64,000 nucleotides of DNA from an uncultured Phycisphaerales bacterium (GCA_963758525.1 CAVWVQ010000003.1:2816001-2880000); one strand, 5' to 3'. Shown: positions 1 to 13,453, counted from the stretch's first letter. Numbers and translations: made by a program. Notes: a model not told the origin generated them from the sequence alone.

Positions 1-1095
1 GCCATAACTCACAAACGGAAGGGTGATCCCGGTGACTGGCATCAAGCCGGTGGCGACCAGGAGGTTGAAGAAGGATTGTGCTGCCAATACCGCGACAACG
101 CCGACCGCAACCAATCTACCGAACGGCTCGCGGGTCGCGGCGGCGATCTCGATCCCGGCCGCAAAGAGCACCAGGTACGCCACCAGCAGCGCCAGCACTC
201 CCCAAAACCCGAATTGTTCGCCGATCAGCGCCAGAATCATGTCATTGTGCGCCTCCGGAACCGATTGGCCGATGGGTATCTCGCCAAATCCCTTCCCGCT
301 CAGGCCGCCTGAGGCAATCGCGATCATGGCACGGTGCGTCTGGTAGGCTTTTGCCTGCCGCTCGGACTGGCTGTCGCTTTCGAGGAACGCATAAACACGC
401 TGCTTTTGATATTTCTTGATGAGCTGAGGGAAATGCGACAACACGGGGACGTGCTCCTCACCACTGAACCAGGCGATCGGCGCCAGCGCCAGCCCCAGCG
501 CGGCGATCGTGAGCAGATGCCGCACCTTGGCGCCGGCCGCGAAGAGCATCGCGAACAGCACCGGAAGAAAGAGCATGACCATCCCCAGGTCCGGCTGCTT
601 CAGGATCAGCGCCATCGGCACCAGGGCCAATGCGAACGGAGCGAACAGTCCGCTGAGCGTTCGGTAGTTTGAGCGAAAACGAAGGTATCGTCCGAGAACC
701 AGGACGAACGCAAATTTGCACAACTCCGCCGGCTCGATGCTTACCGGGCCCAGGGTGATCCACGCATACGCCCCCTTCACGCTGTGCACGCCTGGCAGCG
801 GCTGGGCGCCAGGAGGCGGATTGGGACCGCCCTTGATTGCCGCCGCCACCGTGTACAACACCAGCAGCAAACTCAAAACGTAGAAGATCCACGCATATCG
901 CCCGATTTTCAGATAATTCACGGCCTGAAAGAGCGTCATGCAGCCGATGGCCACGCCGAGGAAAATGAGCTGTTTCATCCCCTCTTCCGGCTTGTCTGCC
1001 CAGATGCTGATGATTCCCAGAGACGAGAGGACCGCAACGGCAACGAGCACCGGCCAGTTGGTCGCGATCGCGAGCTGTTGCCACAGTCTGTTCAC
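1..1095 (-). CDS. rodA: Rod shape-determining protein RodA (FtsW/RodA/SpoVE family); 3' end runs off the window
   Basis: Not in the ORF track because there is no stop in the window. Hand translation from GTG 1095 gives a polytopic membrane protein with EPAELCK, KQPDLG, PEAHNDMI..IGEQFG and PVTGITLPFVSYG. Lies downstream of mreBCD-mrdA. Confidence 0.93.
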   Translation of the reverse strand, partial: MNRLWQQLAIATNWPVLVAVAVLSSLGIISIWADKPEEGMKQLIFLGVAIGCMTLFQAVNYLKIGRYAWIFYVLSLLLVLYTVAAAIKGGPNPPPGAQPLPGVHSVKGAYAWITLGPVSIEPAELCKFAFVLVLGRYLRFRSNYRTLSGLFAPFALALVPMALILKQPDLGMVMLFLPVLFAMLFAAGAKVRHLLTIAALGLALAPIAWFSGEEHVPVLSHFPQLIKKYQKQRVYAFLESDSQSERQAKAYQTHRAMIAIASGGLSGKGFGEIPIGQSVPEAHNDMILALIGEQFGFWGVLALLVAYLVLFAAGIEIAAATREPFGRLVAVGVVAVLAAQSFFNLLVATGLMPVTGITLPFVSYG

Positions 1096-1851
1096 GCGAA
1101 GAACTCCGCGGAGACGGCCAATGACGCGGGTCTGGCTCTCGCAAGCACATCGATCGCCTCGCCCGCATCGCGATGAGCTCGGCCGGTCGCGAGGTAGATG
1201 GTGAAGACCCGCGCGTCGCCCTCCTCGGACGGGGTGCAGCGCACCACCTGTCCGCGCGGCGCCAGCGCACTGATTGAACTGCTCACCACCAAAGAAGGAG
1301 TCACCCGTCCTGATTTCCAGAGATTCAGGATCCGCGCGCGCGCCCGATGGCCGCCAGGAGCGTCAGGAGAATCGCCGGGAGGGTCAACATCGCATCCATC
1401 ATTCGGTCGCGCAGCGGAATGGCCTGCGACACCGCCGTCCAATTCTCGGGGTTCACGGGGTCAACCTTCACGCGCACCGTATCTCCCACCGTCACAAAAC
1501 GTCCATATCCTTCGAGAGGCTTCTCATGCCGCGTCGTATACAGTCCTCCCCGCCATGGAAACTGCAGACTTGCCGGATTGCTCGGATCGAATGAGACGCC
1601 CGTGCGCGCCTGGTAATTGACCGCGTAAACGCGCGCATCGACCGATATGCCGTCGCGTACCAGCCTCAGCTCGTGTTGCCAGGCGCGAAAGCCGACGGCG
1701 GCGAATCCGATTGCGATCGAGCAAAGCACCAGGCAGCTCAACCACCAGAAGCGCGCTCGCGGATCGCCCCAGCGCGCCGGCGGGTGCGAGCCGTCAGGAC
1801 GCGCGGCGGAGGCGGAATCGGCGGGTTCTGCTCGATGGCGCTGGCGTTCAT
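1092..1851 (-). CDS. Hypothetical two-TM membrane protein (DUF3592-like), two apparent frameshifts
   Basis: ATG 1851 (MNASAIEQNPP) joins ORF 1325..2029 (TM helix, VGDTVRVKVDPVNPE beta segment, second TM) and then ORF 1092..1442. Its TGA overlaps the rodA GTG. Confidence 0.6.
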
Positions 1852-2098
1852 CGATTAGCCCGATCCTTGGTATTGCTCCCAGCAGAGATGCCAAAGAAAT
1901 GGCAAATGCCCAATGGCCAACACAATCCCAAGCCGCAATGACCGGTGAGAGAACTAACCTTCGGCCTTGCGGTTTGTTCGCCCGCGGTTTGCATCGTTCA
2001 ATCGTGTCCGACTGACATCCGCCAAGCAAGCTCCCGTTGCCGCTCGATTAATCGGTCACGCCGCACCGGGCGGGGTCGCGTGAGCCATTGAGCGAAGG

Positions 2099-4452
2099 TC
2101 ACGGACGTGTCGCGGGCGCAACTGCCGGCGCCGTGACGTTGAGGTAGTGCAGATTGATGCAATCATGCAGCGCTGCCCGCGCGACCGATGCGGCGGCGAT
2201 TCCGCCGCTGCCTCCGTACTCGACCAGCACCGCAAAGGCGATCCGCGGATGCTCGCGCGGGGCAAAGCCAATGTACCAGGCGTGCGAGATGTCCTTCCCT
2301 TCATTGCCGCTGCCGCGATACCAGGGAGCCAGTGCGTTGGGATTTTCCAGAGTCGAAGGAGCCAGAAGCTGCATCCGCGGTTTGCCCGCGTCGTCAAGCA
2401 TGACCTTCCCGGACGCATCGAGCATCGGCATCGCCAGCGGCGAGGTTTGGGCCGTTCCGGTCTTTCCGCAAAGCATTGCCCATGCCAACTCTTCGTCCCC
2501 GGCAATCAGCGCCTTCCCCGTTCCGGCTTTTGAGTTCACCACGCGGAACATCCCTTCCTGCGCTTCTTTGACCGCGTCGGGCGACAGATGCATATCGACC
2601 CGATCCGGTGAGTCGGGAATGGCGTCGGGCCGGGTGGCGGGCTGTTCGCCATTGCTGGGCGCCAGAAGCGTCGGGCGCATCCAGATGCCGCCGCGCGCGA
2701 TGGTGGCCGCGACGTTTGCCATCTGGATCGGCGTCGCCGCTATGAATCCTTCTCCGATCCCCGAGAACCAGCCGGCCGAGCGACGTCTCCAGGCCGGCAG
2801 CGGGTAGAAGATTGGAAGTTTTCCTTTCACTTCCGAGATCCCCACGCCGGTCACGCGCCCCAGCCCAAAGCGGCCATACCAGTCGGACAGACGATCGATT
2901 CCGAGCTTGTCGGCGGTCGTCTCGAAAAAGACGTTGCAGCTTCGTTCCAGTCCATCAGAGAAAGTCAGGAACCCGGTCGGATGCGGGTCGTCGAACGGTA
3001 TCGGATGGTGGGCGACACTTTTCAGGATGGTCGAGTATTTTGAAGCGACCCAGCAGCGCCCCATCCCGTATTTCACGCCATTGAGAACGAGGTAGCCGGT
3101 GCATTCGATGGTGTCGTCGACTTTTTGCACACCCGACGTGATCGCGGCAATTCCGACCATCGGCTTGACCGTCGACCCCGGTTCCACCTGTGCCATCGTC
3201 GCGCGATTCATCAACGGGTGATTCAGATTATCGCCGGCGAGCGTCGCGTACTGTTCGTCGAGAAGGTTGAGATCGTAAGTCGGATACGAAACCATTGCCC
3301 GCACTTGCCCCGTCGGCACGTCGATCACCACCGCCGCTCCATGCAGCACTGCATCGGATTCGATGACCTGGCCGTCGGCATCCCGGATCTGAGCGTGGGC
3401 GAAGGCGTTTTGAATCAGCTTCTGCAGCTCGATGTCGATCGACAGCCGCACGTCCTGACCCGGCATCGGAGAAAGCGTCGAGAAAATCCGCTCGTCGCCG
3501 ACGACCTTCTCGATCCTCCCGCGCGTCCCGCGCAATGCAGGCTCACAAAGCGATTCGATGCCGCTTTTGCCCATCAGATCGTTCGGCAGATACTCCCTTA
3601 GCAAATCGTCCTTGTCGGCTTTGTCGTCGTCCTCGAGATCCCGCCGATCCACGCGACCCAGATGGCCGAGCAAATGGGCCGCAACTTCACGATACGGGTA
3701 ATACCGGTGGGTGCCGGGACGAAGAATCAGACCGGGATACGAGTCGATGTTTTTTCCAAGTTCGTTCTGCGCCTCGTTGTCAACGGCTGGGAGCACGACG
3801 TGCGGCTCGAACTGCTCGGCGACTTTCACGGCAAACTTGTCCATGTCAGCGTCGGCGTTGCTCCCGCCGCCGTCGATGAGCCACTTCTTCCACGCGGAGC
3901 TTTCTTCGCGGGAGAGGGTCTGCTTTACCTGCGCCCTGTCGAAATTGCGCACCCACGTATATCGGCGCCGCCACTCCACTTTGCGGGTGATGGACGAGCG
4001 CACGTCGTCAATGTCGTCCAGCGACCGTCCGGAAATTTCCGCCAGCTTCACCCACATCTTCTCGATGTCGCTGCGTACTTTGAGCATCTCCGTCTGCCGC
4101 ATCTCAGCGCGTTCGGCGCGGGACGTGCCCGGGGAATCGTAGGGATCGCCAAGCTGCGCCTGCAGACGCTGGATTGCCTGCTCCTTGACCCAGCCGTCGT
4201 CCGGATCGCTCGGCACCGCGCGATAGTCGACGCAGGCGTCGATGCACGGCTGGTCTTCCGCGAGCACGCGCCCCTGCACGTCCAGGATTCTCCCCCGCGA
4301 GGTCTCCACGAGATGCGTTCGCTTCATCGCATCCACGGCCTCCTGCTTCCAATATTCCCTGTGCAGCAGTTGCACGTCGGCTGGCGCAGCGCCAGTGCCA
4401 CCACGACGACGCCCAGAAGCGAGAGGATGATCTTCAGCCTGCGTGCGAACAT
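2099..4452 (-). CDS. mrdA: Penicillin-binding protein 2 (class B transpeptidase); frameshift just after the N-terminal TM
   Basis: RGRILD dimerisation motif, STVK (SxxK), SCN (SxN), KTGT. The anchor MFARRLKIILSLLGVVVVALALR starts at ATG 4452 in a neighbouring frame. Confidence 0.92.
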
Positions 4453-4472
4453 GATGCTTCAGCATTCTCCGA

Positions 4473-5024
4473 TCAATTGGAATATCGCGCCCGCATGGAT
4501 CGCCGCGAAGGTTGAAAGCCGAATTTCCTCCGGAGGCTCTGCAGGATTCCCAGGACAATCGGCGCCAACGCCGCGGTATAGATCACGCGCATGAATTCCA
4601 GCCCCGGCGAAATGCGGATGGCTTTGAGTGATACGCCATTTTCCACCAGACGCGGCGCCGGCGGATGCAGCCAACCGTGCGCAAGCAGGACGGCCGCAGT
4701 CATAAATCCGCCGACCAGCGCCAGCGAGAGATGCGTCAGGAAATGCTCGCGGTAGACCACATCGTGCGTGCTGACGATGAACATTCCCACCAACCCGTAT
4801 GAAACCCCGTACAGTCCCGGCGGCTGCTGTGTCAGAAAATCCTGCATCAGCCCCAGACAGACCGCACCCAGCAGCGCCGCATCGCGGCGCGCGTTCAACG
4901 TGATGAAGATCACTGCCAGCAAGACCAGATTCGGCGCCACGCCCTGAAACCGAATGTAAGGCCCAGCGCCCAACTGCAATCCGAGTGTGACGTAGGCGAG
5001 GATGAAGTAGGTGAGCCAGCGCAT
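4473..5024 (-). CDS. mreD: Rod shape-determining protein MreD
   Basis: Hydrophobic protein with PNLVLL and GLMQDFL motifs, between mreC and mrdA. Confidence 0.88.
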   Translation of the reverse strand: MRWLTYFILAYVTLGLQLGAGPYIRFQGVAPNLVLLAVIFITLNARRDAALLGAVCLGLMQDFLTQQPPGLYGVSYGLVGMFIVSTHDVVYREHFLTHLSLALVGGFMTAAVLLAHGWLHPPAPRLVENGVSLKAIRISPGLEFMRVIYTAALAPIVLGILQSLRRKFGFQPSRRSMRARYSN

Positions 5025-5033
5025 CACGAATAC

Positions 5034-5246
5034 AGGCACGGACGCACGGAGGCACGGAGGCACAAAGGGAAAGGCGAAAGGGGAAGGCACGAAGCGAAAG
5101 GCGAGGCAATGCCGGCGCCGCCGTAATTACCAAGCCGTCTAAGCCGTCTTGCGAAACCCATTGTAAATGAGTCGAGCATCATCTTCCCACTACCTCTCAC
5201 ATTTCCTCACCCTTCGTGCCTCCGTCCCTCCGTGCCTTCGTGCCTT
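5034..5246. repeat. Inverted arrays of degenerate octamer (AGGCACGG-like) in the mreC-mreD spacer
   Basis: aggcacgg acgcacgg aggcacgg aggcacaa at ~5034-5065 and complementary ttcgtgcc tccgtccc tccgtgcc ttcgtgcc at ~5213-5246. Confidence 0.7.
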
Positions 5247-5252
5247 CCCCCA

Positions 5253-6103
5253 CTACCTCTCCTTCGTCACCACCATCACTTCCCTCAGCCGCGATAGATT
5301 TTCCTGCGGCTCGATCACGATCTGGGCGAACAGCGGCGCATCGGGGCGCGGGGAAATCTTCACGACTTTGCCAAGCGGCTGTCCCTGAAGATTGAGCGGC
5401 CAATCGGGTTCGGAGAGAATGACCCAGTCGTTGGGTTCGATCTGTGCCTTGCGGGCGTCCTCCATCGTGAGGCTGCGCACGATCATCGCACCCTGGCCGG
5501 CTCCCTCAACCAGTGCGGTTGGTGCGTTGAGTTTGCTGAATTCGATCTGGTTGTCCGGCCGGCGTTGAAACTTTCCGAAGCTTCCGCGGACCCGAAATCC
5601 CGGATCGGTGACGAGCCGCACCTGCGCGCCTGCGATGCCTGCCCGTTCGACCTCCCCGACCACGCCCCCTGGATAGAGGACAAACAACCCATCCGTGATG
5701 CCTTCCAGCGTGGAGGATCGAAGGGAGAGCGATTCACGCGCTCCCGAATCCGGACCCACGACTGCGACCGGCGTGCAGAGGTCCCTCACCAGTCCGAGTT
5801 TTTCGCGCTCGGCGTTGCGCTGCACAACTCGGAAAGTTGTTCGGTGAGTGTTACAACCTGGCTCTTCAAATCCTGGTTCTCCGTCCGAATCGTCTGCAGA
5901 TCGCGGGAATCCTCCGATCGGTCGCCCCCCAGCCGATGAAAGAAATAGCCCGCGATCGCGCCGGCGGGCCGAGCAACGGGGGCGAAAAGCATGGATACCT
6001 GCGGAAAAGAACGGCCGGTTAATTTCGCGGGGAGCGCGAATGCGGACAGCGCGCTGAGCGCCATGAGGGCAACGAAAACATGCTGGAAGCGCGATTGAGA
6101 CAT
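5253..6103 (-). CDS. mreC: Rod shape-determining protein MreC (frameshift near 5820)
   Basis: N-terminal TM and coiled coil (ORF 5786..6103) join a beta domain GVVGEV..VRLVTDP..PLGKVV..LREVMVV (ORF 5253..6152). Lies between mreB and mreD. Confidence 0.87.
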
Positions 6104-6135
6104 CCGTGTCGTGGAGCGTTGAAGGTGACCCTGTC

Positions 6136-7286
<1,151 letters not shown>

Positions 7287-7588
7287 CTAAAGTCGTGACC
7301 CGATCCGATGCATCGGGCCTCAATGGACGCGTAACGTACATGGGAGGCCGCCAGCCAGCAAATCGCCGGAGGCCGAATATTGGCGCGGTGATCGAACTCT
7401 CGCGAGCTTTGAGTTGCTGGTCTCAGCTCGCCTTTGAGTTCGCGAATTATTCTTGGTTCGTAGCTTCTCCCCACCTCACGGCTCCTTTCATCGGTGAAAC
7501 TTCCGCTACGTTGAGTTCCTGCGCTGTTATCCAGCGGCCGTACGGTGCGCAACGAGAAACCAGCAACGAGTTGTGGTAAAATCCCAAC

Positions 7589-7879
7589 ATGCGAGTAATC
7601 GAGACGACAGCGCACGTCGGTGCAGACGGAATGCTCCGGCTGGAAGTGCCGCTAGAGCAGCGCAATCAGGATGTGCGCGTGGCGCTGGTTGTGGAGTCGA
7701 CGCCCGCGCAAAAGAGAATACCGGACCAGATCGATGATCGATGGGCTTCTGTGCGTCATCGACTGGAGGGCACAGGCATACACGTCCCGGCCCCCGGCGC
7801 TATCAATTGCGGCCCCGTTGAGCCGGTGGTTTTGTCCGGACCATCTGCGTCCGAGATGCTCATAAACGACCGCCGATGA
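7589..7879 (+). CDS. Putative antitoxin of a VapBC-type pair
   Basis: 96 aa with an ATGA overlap onto a PIN-domain gene. Confidence 0.7.
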   Translation: MRVIETTAHVGADGMLRLEVPLEQRNQDVRVALVVESTPAQKRIPDQIDDRWASVRHRLEGTGIHVPAPGAINCGPVEPVVLSGPSASEMLINDRR

Positions 7880-8334
7880 AGATATTTTACCTCGATTCCA
7901 GCGCATGGGTGAAGCGCCATCAGAGCGAAGCCGGCTCTGATTGGATGCGGCGATTCTGGCAGCCCGGCGTGCGGTTCGGCTGTGCAACCTTGGGCCTTGT
8001 TGAAGTACTTTGCACGGTAACCCGCCGACATGCCAACCGGGTTGACGCTGCCACGACGCGCAATGTTCTCCTCGCGGTTCGGAATGATTTTGGTGCATTT
8101 CTACAGGTTGAATTTGACGACGCGGTTGTGCGCCTGGCAGAATCATTGGGGCCGCAATGGAAGTTGCGAGGTGCCGACAGCGTCCATCTTGCCTCGGCGG
8201 TGCGGTTGCGGGATTCCCTCAATGCGACCGTCATTCTCATCGCTTCGGACGTAGAACTGCTCACGGCAGCCACAGCCGAGGGATTCGCTGTGGTGGACCC
8301 AAGCCAGGATCCGGCGCTACCAGCCGTGGACTAA
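7876..8334 (+). CDS. vapC: PIN-domain VapC-family toxin
   Basis: YLDSSAWVK, LVEV, LRGADSVHLASA and ASD..L PIN acidic motifs. Confidence 0.9.
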   Translation: MKIFYLDSSAWVKRHQSEAGSDWMRRFWQPGVRFGCATLGLVEVLCTVTRRHANRVDAATTRNVLLAVRNDFGAFLQVEFDDAVVRLAESLGPQWKLRGADSVHLASAVRLRDSLNATVILIASDVELLTAATAEGFAVVDPSQDPALPAVD

Positions 8335-8608
8335 GGGGACGGAGCGCTGGGATTTCCGGGCACTTCTAAAGACGAGGCGACTCAGCGGTCGGGGCTTCTG
8401 AGCCGTTTGCTCTATAAAGGCGCTTTGGTCGCCCAACTCCGAATTTTGCGTCCTTTGCAACTTTTATTCTTTGACAAGGATATCCATTTGGGCGCGTAAT
8501 ATCTGACGGTCGCCAGATTGGCGGAGCTGGCAGCCCGGCGAAGGGATTTCAGACCATGCGATTGACGCGATTGACCCGGAGGCGCTTGTCTAACCCTAAG
8601 AGCGCTCG

Positions 8609-9205
8609 ATGTCTCAACTGCCTCTTTGGCTGACGGGGGCAATTATCATTTCGCCCAGCATCCTTTCGGCCGACACTGTTGCATATAAGTCACCGAGCGC
8701 GACAGAAGCGCTGATGTACGAAAATGTGAAGATCGAACGAATTGACGACGAGAATCTGGTTTTCCTTTCGGCAAGCGGGAATGAAACCCGCAAGGGGCTC
8801 GCGGAAATCTCGCGTATCTCGGCGGACGACGAGCCCGACTTCACCGTTGCGGAGCAGGCGTTCGACACAGGTAACGCCGCTGACTCGATCGAGGGCTACC
8901 GAAAGGCTGTCCGCGGCAGCTCACATGACTGGGTGCGGAAGCGCGCTGCCCTTCGGCTCATTGCCGCGGGAAACCAGGCATCGGACTTCGGCGCGGCGGT
9001 CGCAGGGTTTGCCTATCTGGCGGTGACGGATCCCGATGCCGCGCTGCAGGCGAAGCCGGACGAGTTTGTTGGCCATCTGACATCGGAAGTCAGGAAGAAA
9101 AAGATCGACTACATCATCGCTGTTGAAAAAAGTAAGGGCAAAATTTCGGACCGACCGGCTTCCTATTCGAAAGCGACGGTCGCGTTTACGTCGAAGATCC
9201 GCTAG
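8609..9205 (+). CDS. Hypothetical exported protein, helical/TPR-like, possibly truncated
   Basis: Signal-peptide-like N-terminus, Ala-rich helices, abrupt Lys-rich tail. Confidence 0.5.
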   Translation: MSQLPLWLTGAIIISPSILSADTVAYKSPSATEALMYENVKIERIDDENLVFLSASGNETRKGLAEISRISADDEPDFTVAEQAFDTGNAADSIEGYRKAVRGSSHDWVRKRAALRLIAAGNQASDFGAAVAGFAYLAVTDPDAALQAKPDEFVGHLTSEVRKKKIDYIIAVEKSKGKISDRPASYSKATVAFTSKIR

Positions 9206-9408
9206 GGCACGCGCGTCAATGTCGGAGCGTCCCCCTCATCGCTGTTCGCGGGACGGCGACCCACATTCATCTACGAAAACGGCGGCAGATGCAGGCTATT
9301 ACACTCCCAGCCTCAAGACCCCATGCGCATCACCACCGGCTGAGACGTGTGCGCTGCAGCGGTTCTGCGGTTTCTCCCCCTTCCCGCCTTTCCCAGTAGA
9401 ATCCCCTC

Positions 9409-9783
9409 ATGGCCAATCCCGAGCACATCCCACCACGTCAGATGGCCCCGAAATTCGGCATCGGAAAACTGACGCGCCATCTGTTCATCTGCCTCGGACC
9501 CGATTGCGTCGATCCGCAGGCGGGCGAACGCACATGGGACTATCTCAAGAAGAGGATGCAAGCTCTCAGCCTGGCCGGCCCCCAGGGAACCTGCTACCGC
9601 AGCAAAAGCGGCTGCCTGCGGATTTGCGACAGCGGGCCGATTTGTGTCGTCTACCCCGAAGGCGCCTGGTACTCCAACGTCACGCCCGAAAACGCCGAAA
9701 GAATCATCCAGGAACACCTGATCGGCGGAAAGATCGTCGAAGACCTTTGCTTTGCCACCAATCCCCTGCCGGCGAGTTCGTAG
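9409..9783 (+). CDS. Thioredoxin-like [2Fe-2S] ferredoxin
   Basis: RHLFIC..C, GCLRIC.SGP..VVYPEG.WY, IIQEHL.GG. Confidence 0.9.
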   Translation: MANPEHIPPRQMAPKFGIGKLTRHLFICLGPDCVDPQAGERTWDYLKKRMQALSLAGPQGTCYRSKSGCLRICDSGPICVVYPEGAWYSNVTPENAERIIQEHLIGGKIVEDLCFATNPLPASS

Positions 9784-9905
9784 TAAACCCGCCGGCGCGG
9801 GAGAGTAGATAGATGGAGAGGATTCAGGCGTTGCTGTAGCCGCGCGTTAACGCCGGCAGATAAATCGCGACAAAGCGATGGTATATTTTGGAGAGTTTCC
9901 TTTCG

Positions 9906-12900
9906 ATGCGCCGTTCGCGTTTTCATCTTGTTGGATGCATTTTGCTATGGGCCGGGCTGATGGCCGGGTCGCAGGCAAAGGGGGCCTCTGCGGCGTCGAC
10001 TGCGCCTCTGTCGGAGATTCGCTTCAATCGGGATATCCGGCCGATTCTGTCGGATAACTGCCTGTTTTGTCACGGCCCGGACAAGGCGCAGCGGAAGGGG
10101 AAATTCCGGTTGGATGATCGGGACTCGACGATGCAGAAAGGGGCGATCGTTCCCGGCAAGCCGGAGAAGAGCCCGTTGGTCGAGCGGATTTTTTCAACAG
10201 ATCCCGACGAGCTGATGCCGCCGGCGAGTTCGCATAAAAAGCTGTCGCCGGAGCAGAAGGATCTGCTGAAACGCTGGATTGCCGAGGGGGCGGCGTATGA
10301 GCCGTTCTGGGCGTATGTCACGCCGCAGCGCCCCGCCGTGCCGGTGGTGAAGAACGAGGCGTGGACGCGCAATCCGATCGATGCCTTTGTGCTGCACGGC
10401 CTGGAGAGCAAGAAGCTGACACCGGTGGCGGAAGCCGATCGACGAACGCTGCTTCGGCGGCTGAGCCTGGATCTGATTGGTCTGCCGCCAAGTCCGGATG
10501 AAGAGGATGCTTTTGTCGCTGACAGGAGCGCGGGGGCGTACGAAAGGCAGGTCGATCGGCTGCTCGCTTCGCCGCACTATGGCGAAAGAATGGCCGTGCC
10601 ATGGCTTGACGCGGTGCGTTTCGCGGACACGGTCGGGTTTCACGGCGATCAGAATCAGAACGTCTTTCCCTACCGCGATTACGTGATCAACGCATTCAAC
10701 AGCGACAAGCCTTTCGATCGATTCACGATCGAGCAGTTCGCCGGCGATCTGCTGCCGCACCCGACGACCGAGCAGCTCATCGCGACCGGTTTCGATCGAC
10801 TGAACATGATCACGCGCGAGGGGGCGCGCAGCCAAAGGAGTATCTGGCGAAATACGCGGCGGATCGTGTCCGGACGCTCGGCTCGGCGTTCCTCGGCTCG
10901 ACGCTGGGCTGCTGCGAGTGCCACGATCACAAGTTCGATCCGTTTCTGACGAAGGATTTCTACTCGCTCGAATCGTTCTGGGCGGACGTGCGCGAGTGGG
11001 GCGTCTACACGGATTACGGGTATACGCCCAACCCGGATCTCAAGGGCTTCACCAACGACCATCCGTTTCCGCCGGAAATCGTGGTGGACAGCCCATATCT
11101 GCAGAAGCGAGAGCAGCGGCTGCTGGATCGAATTGATCAGTTGGCCGCCGACGCATTTCGGCCCGAGTCGCGGGCGGCGGAGGTTGCCGCCTGGACAAAA
11201 GCGACGCGGGCGTTTCTCGCGGAACATCCTGATGGCTGGGTTACGCTGCATGCGCATTCTGCGGCCGAGCCGGCAGAATCGGACGACGGCGTCGTGCGCG
11301 TTGCGGGAAAGGGCGGCAAGACTCAACGGCTTGAGTTCGCGCTTCCGTCCGGAACGATCGCCGCCATTCGCCTGCAAGCGATGCCTCGTGACACGCAGGG
11401 AGGAAGCATCCTGATCGCAGGGGGGCCGAAGCGCGCGCGTGTCGAGTTGGCGGCTGGGATCAAGCCCAAGGGCGGGAAGGAAGCCCGGCTTGGGTTCGGA
11501 TTTGCCGACGCGGAGAAGAAGGAGCCGCAGTATTCCAACGGGTACGAAGTCGAAGGGATTCTGCAGGGATGGAATATCTCCGCCGCGGCCGCGAAATCGC
11601 CGCAGGCCGCGGTATACATTCTCGATCGGCCCGTTCAGTCCAAGGCAGGTGATCTGCTGGCGGTCTCGCTGGAGCACAATGTACTGGCCGCGGTGCGAAT
11701 TTCCGTTTCTCCGCTGGCGCCGCTCCATCCGATCGATCCCTCGTTCGCAGCGTCGCTGAAGACAGCGCTGGCGACGCAAAATCCGCTCGTCGCGCGGACG
11801 ATGCTGCTGAGCACTTCGGACGCCGTTGACGATGCCGCGCGGACCGAAGCGCGCCGGTTGATTCAAGAGGTGATCGATTGCCGAAACGGAAAGTCACCAA
11901 CGGTGGTCGTTGTTTCGCAGACGCCTCGCGTGATGCGGGTTTTGCACCGCGGCAACTGGCAGGACGAGACGGGGGAGATCGTCACGCCGATGGTTCCACA
12001 CTTTCTGCCGCAACCCGCGGCGGCCTCGCAGCGCCGGCTGACGCGGTTGGATCTGGCGGAGTGGCTTGTATCCGATCAGAATCCGTTGACTGCCCGGACC
12101 ATTGTGAACCGTCTGTGGAAACAATTCATGGGCGTCGGAATCTGCAACAGCGTGGAGGATCTGGGATCGCAGGGCGATCCGCCGTCGAACCCCGAGCTGC
12201 TCGACTGGCTTGCCGTGGAATTCCGCGAGAGCGGCTGGGACGTGAAGCACATGGTGAAGCTGATGGTGATGTCGTCGGCGTATCGCGAGAGTTCGGATCC
12301 GACGATCGCGCTGCGCGACGCGGACCCGTTCGATCGGCTGTCCGGATCACAGCTTCCACGCCGGCTCGAGGCGGAGTTCGTGCGTGACAACGCGCTGCAG
12401 GCGGCGGGGCTGCTGAACCTCGCCGACATCGGCGGGCCCAGCGTCTTTCCTTATCAGCCGGCCGGCTATTACGCGAATATTCAGTTCCCCAGCAGATCGT
12501 ATGATCCCGACACCGACGACCGCCAATACCGTCGTGGCGTTTATATGCATTGGCAGCGCACGTTCCTGCATCCGATGCTCGCCAACTTCGACGCGCCGTC
12601 GCGGGAGGACACCACCTGCACGCGCAACGTTTCCAACACGCCGCAGCAGGCGCTGACATTGCTGAACGATCCGGAGTTTGTCGAAGCCGCCCGCGTGCTG
12701 GCCGAGCACGCAATCGCCGCCGGCGGCGATGATTCGCGCCGGCTCACTTTCGTGTGCCAGCGCGTGCTCTGCCGCGACCCCAGCGACGCTGAGCGCGACT
12801 CGTTGACCGGGTTCCTTGGCGATCAGCGCGCCCATTACCGCGCCAACGCCAGCGATGCCGCGGCGCTCTGTGCGGTCGGCATCGCGCCACTCCCGGCCGG

Positions 12901-12982
12901 GACGGACTACGCGGAACTGGCAGCGTGGACCACGGTTTGCCGGGTGGTGTTGAATCTGCATGAGAGCATTACGAGATATTGA
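9906..12982 (+). CDS. Planctomycete cytochrome c domain protein (DUF1549/DUF1553), frameshift near 10825
   Basis: Signal peptide, FNRDIRPILSDNCLFCHGPD, NPIDAFV, CECHDHKFDP (in the shifted frame), NPLTARTIVNRLW, NTPQQALTLLN. Confidence 0.92.
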
Positions 12983-13165
12983 GAAAAGATGGCGCCTCGC
13001 GCCAGCGGCGCAGCAGTGATTCTATTGCAGTCGATGGGCCCACAAGGAGATCAGTTCGGCTCGTTGTCGTGCTTCGAGCCGTACCCCCGGCAGATGGCCG
13101 AGGCGTTAGTCCCAATGGAAGAAGGCGGCGTGCCAAGTTATCTGCGGTGACGTAAAGATGCCACC

Positions 13166-13453
13166 ATGCTGACCCAGCTCATTCGAGAACGACGCGACGC
13201 GATCCTGGAGATCGCCCGCCGATATGGCGCTTCCGAAATACGCGTCTTCGGGTCGGTCGCGCGCGGCGATGCGACCGACTCTTCCGATCTCGATTTGATC
13301 GTACGCTTCGAGCCGGGTCGTTCCTTGTTGGATCATGGCGGCTTGGTCATGGACCTTCGAGAGCTTCTTGGCACGCGGGTCGATGTCATCGACGAAGAAG
13401 CTATGCGACCGCGATTTCGACAGCACGTTATGAAAGAAGCCATCCCATTGTGA
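13166..13453 (+). CDS. Minimal nucleotidyltransferase (MNT) antitoxin
   Basis: VFGSVARGDATDSSDLD motif, 95 aa. Confidence 0.9.
   Translation: MLTQLIRERRDAILEIARRYGASEIRVFGSVARGDATDSSDLDLIVRFEPGRSLLDHGGLVMDLRELLGTRVDVIDEEAMRPRFRQHVMKEAIPL

Noticed and set aside
8471..8502. Sigma70-like promoter TTGACA...TAATAT
   Set aside because: The spacer is 20 bp, too long to call with confidence.
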